64,000 nucleotides of DNA from an uncultured bacterium (GTDB taxonomy: Bacteria > Chlamydiota > Chlamydiia > Chlamydiales > SM23-39). The stretch is taken from contig OY970323.1 in assembly GCA_963716985.1 (NCBI GenBank), positions 288,001 to 352,000 on the forward strand. The letters run 5' to 3'. Below, in pieces: positions 63,471 to 64,000 of the stretch. How positions within the stretch are numbered: position 1 is the first letter of the stretch; every line of letters begins with the position of its first letter. The translations under genes were made by a program, and so were the position numbers. The notes under the pieces were generated by a model. That model was not told the DNA's origin and did no database searches. It worked only from the letters and a program-made list of their open reading frames with translations.

Positions 63471-64000
63471 ATGTCCTACTTGAAAAAGTATTTTTCCAAA
63501 GTGTCGGAAGAAAAACGAAACTTAGCTGCCATCTCTTTTTATGCTGCCATCGATCATATCCATCAAACATCTCCGGAAGTGGCAATGAGCATCCTCAAGG
63601 AGTTAGAAGATCAGAGAAGCCATTTAAAGCTCATTGCTTCGGAAAATTTTTCTTCTCTGGCTACCCAGCTGGCAATGGGCAACCTTTTAACGGATAAGTA
63701 TAGCGAAGGATTTCCTTATCATCGATTTTATGCAGGATGCGAAAACGTCGATACGGTGGAACAACTTGCCGTTGATCTGGCCAAAGAACTCTTTCAAGCA
63801 GAACATGCCTATGTGCAGCCCCATTCGGGAGCCGACGCCAATATGGTTGCCTATTGGGCGATGCTCGTCTACAAAATCCAAAACAAATGGCTGGAAAAGA
63901 TGAATAAAAAGAGCGTTGACGAGCTCTCCTCGGAGGAGTATGAAAGCCTTCGCAAGGAAATGGTCTCACAAAAGGTCATGGGGATGTCTCTTGGCGCCGG
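63471..64000 (+). CDS. glyA: Serine hydroxymethyltransferase (partial, runs off the window)
   Basis: Hand translation: LKLIASENF, DKYSEG, RFYAGCE, VQPHSGADAN. Confidence 0.95.
   Translation, partial: MSYLKKYFSKVSEEKRNLAAISFYAAIDHIHQTSPEVAMSILKELEDQRSHLKLIASENFSSLATQLAMGNLLTDKYSEGFPYHRFYAGCENVDTVEQLAVDLAKELFQAEHAYVQPHSGADANMVAYWAMLVYKIQNKWLEKMNKKSVDELSSEEYESLRKEMVSQKVMGMSLGA

Overview
Chromosomal segment of a member of the phylum Chlamydiota, probably an environmental lineage. The assignment rests on gene content and order: lnt-lpxC-fabZ-lpxA-fmt-[Cap1 position]-S10/spc/alpha ribosomal cluster-gap-grgA; dnaJ-rpsU-tsaB-lon-rnz; ABC-F/xerC; rnpB next to a CT398-like gene; glyA at the right edge. 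The core is interrupted by four accessory patches. (1) 5.6-12.3 kb: a nested stack of miniature transposons with readable target-site duplications (TSDs), beside a signal-peptide RHS toxin and a small candidate immunity ORF. (2) 18-23 kb: two similar putative membrane/effector genes flanking a Fic gene, a half tRNA-Asn and an AAA ATPase. (3) 37.7-46.3 kb after tRNA-Leu: an AbiE toxin-antitoxin pair, nested remnants (IS66-like, MITE, DUF6399-like, group II intron, IS701-like) and orphan putative effectors, one with a C-terminal XRE HTH. (4) 53.8-57.6 kb: a mini IS200/IS605-type element, an intact ISKra4-family IS, and small membrane-protein genes separated by repeated copies of the 3' end of a trmH/spoU gene. 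The best novelty candidates are the 124-bp MITE family whose end also precedes a DUF6399-like ORF (suggesting an unclassified IS type) and the trmH-3'-end array. Family assignments come from motif recognition only; no database searches were run.
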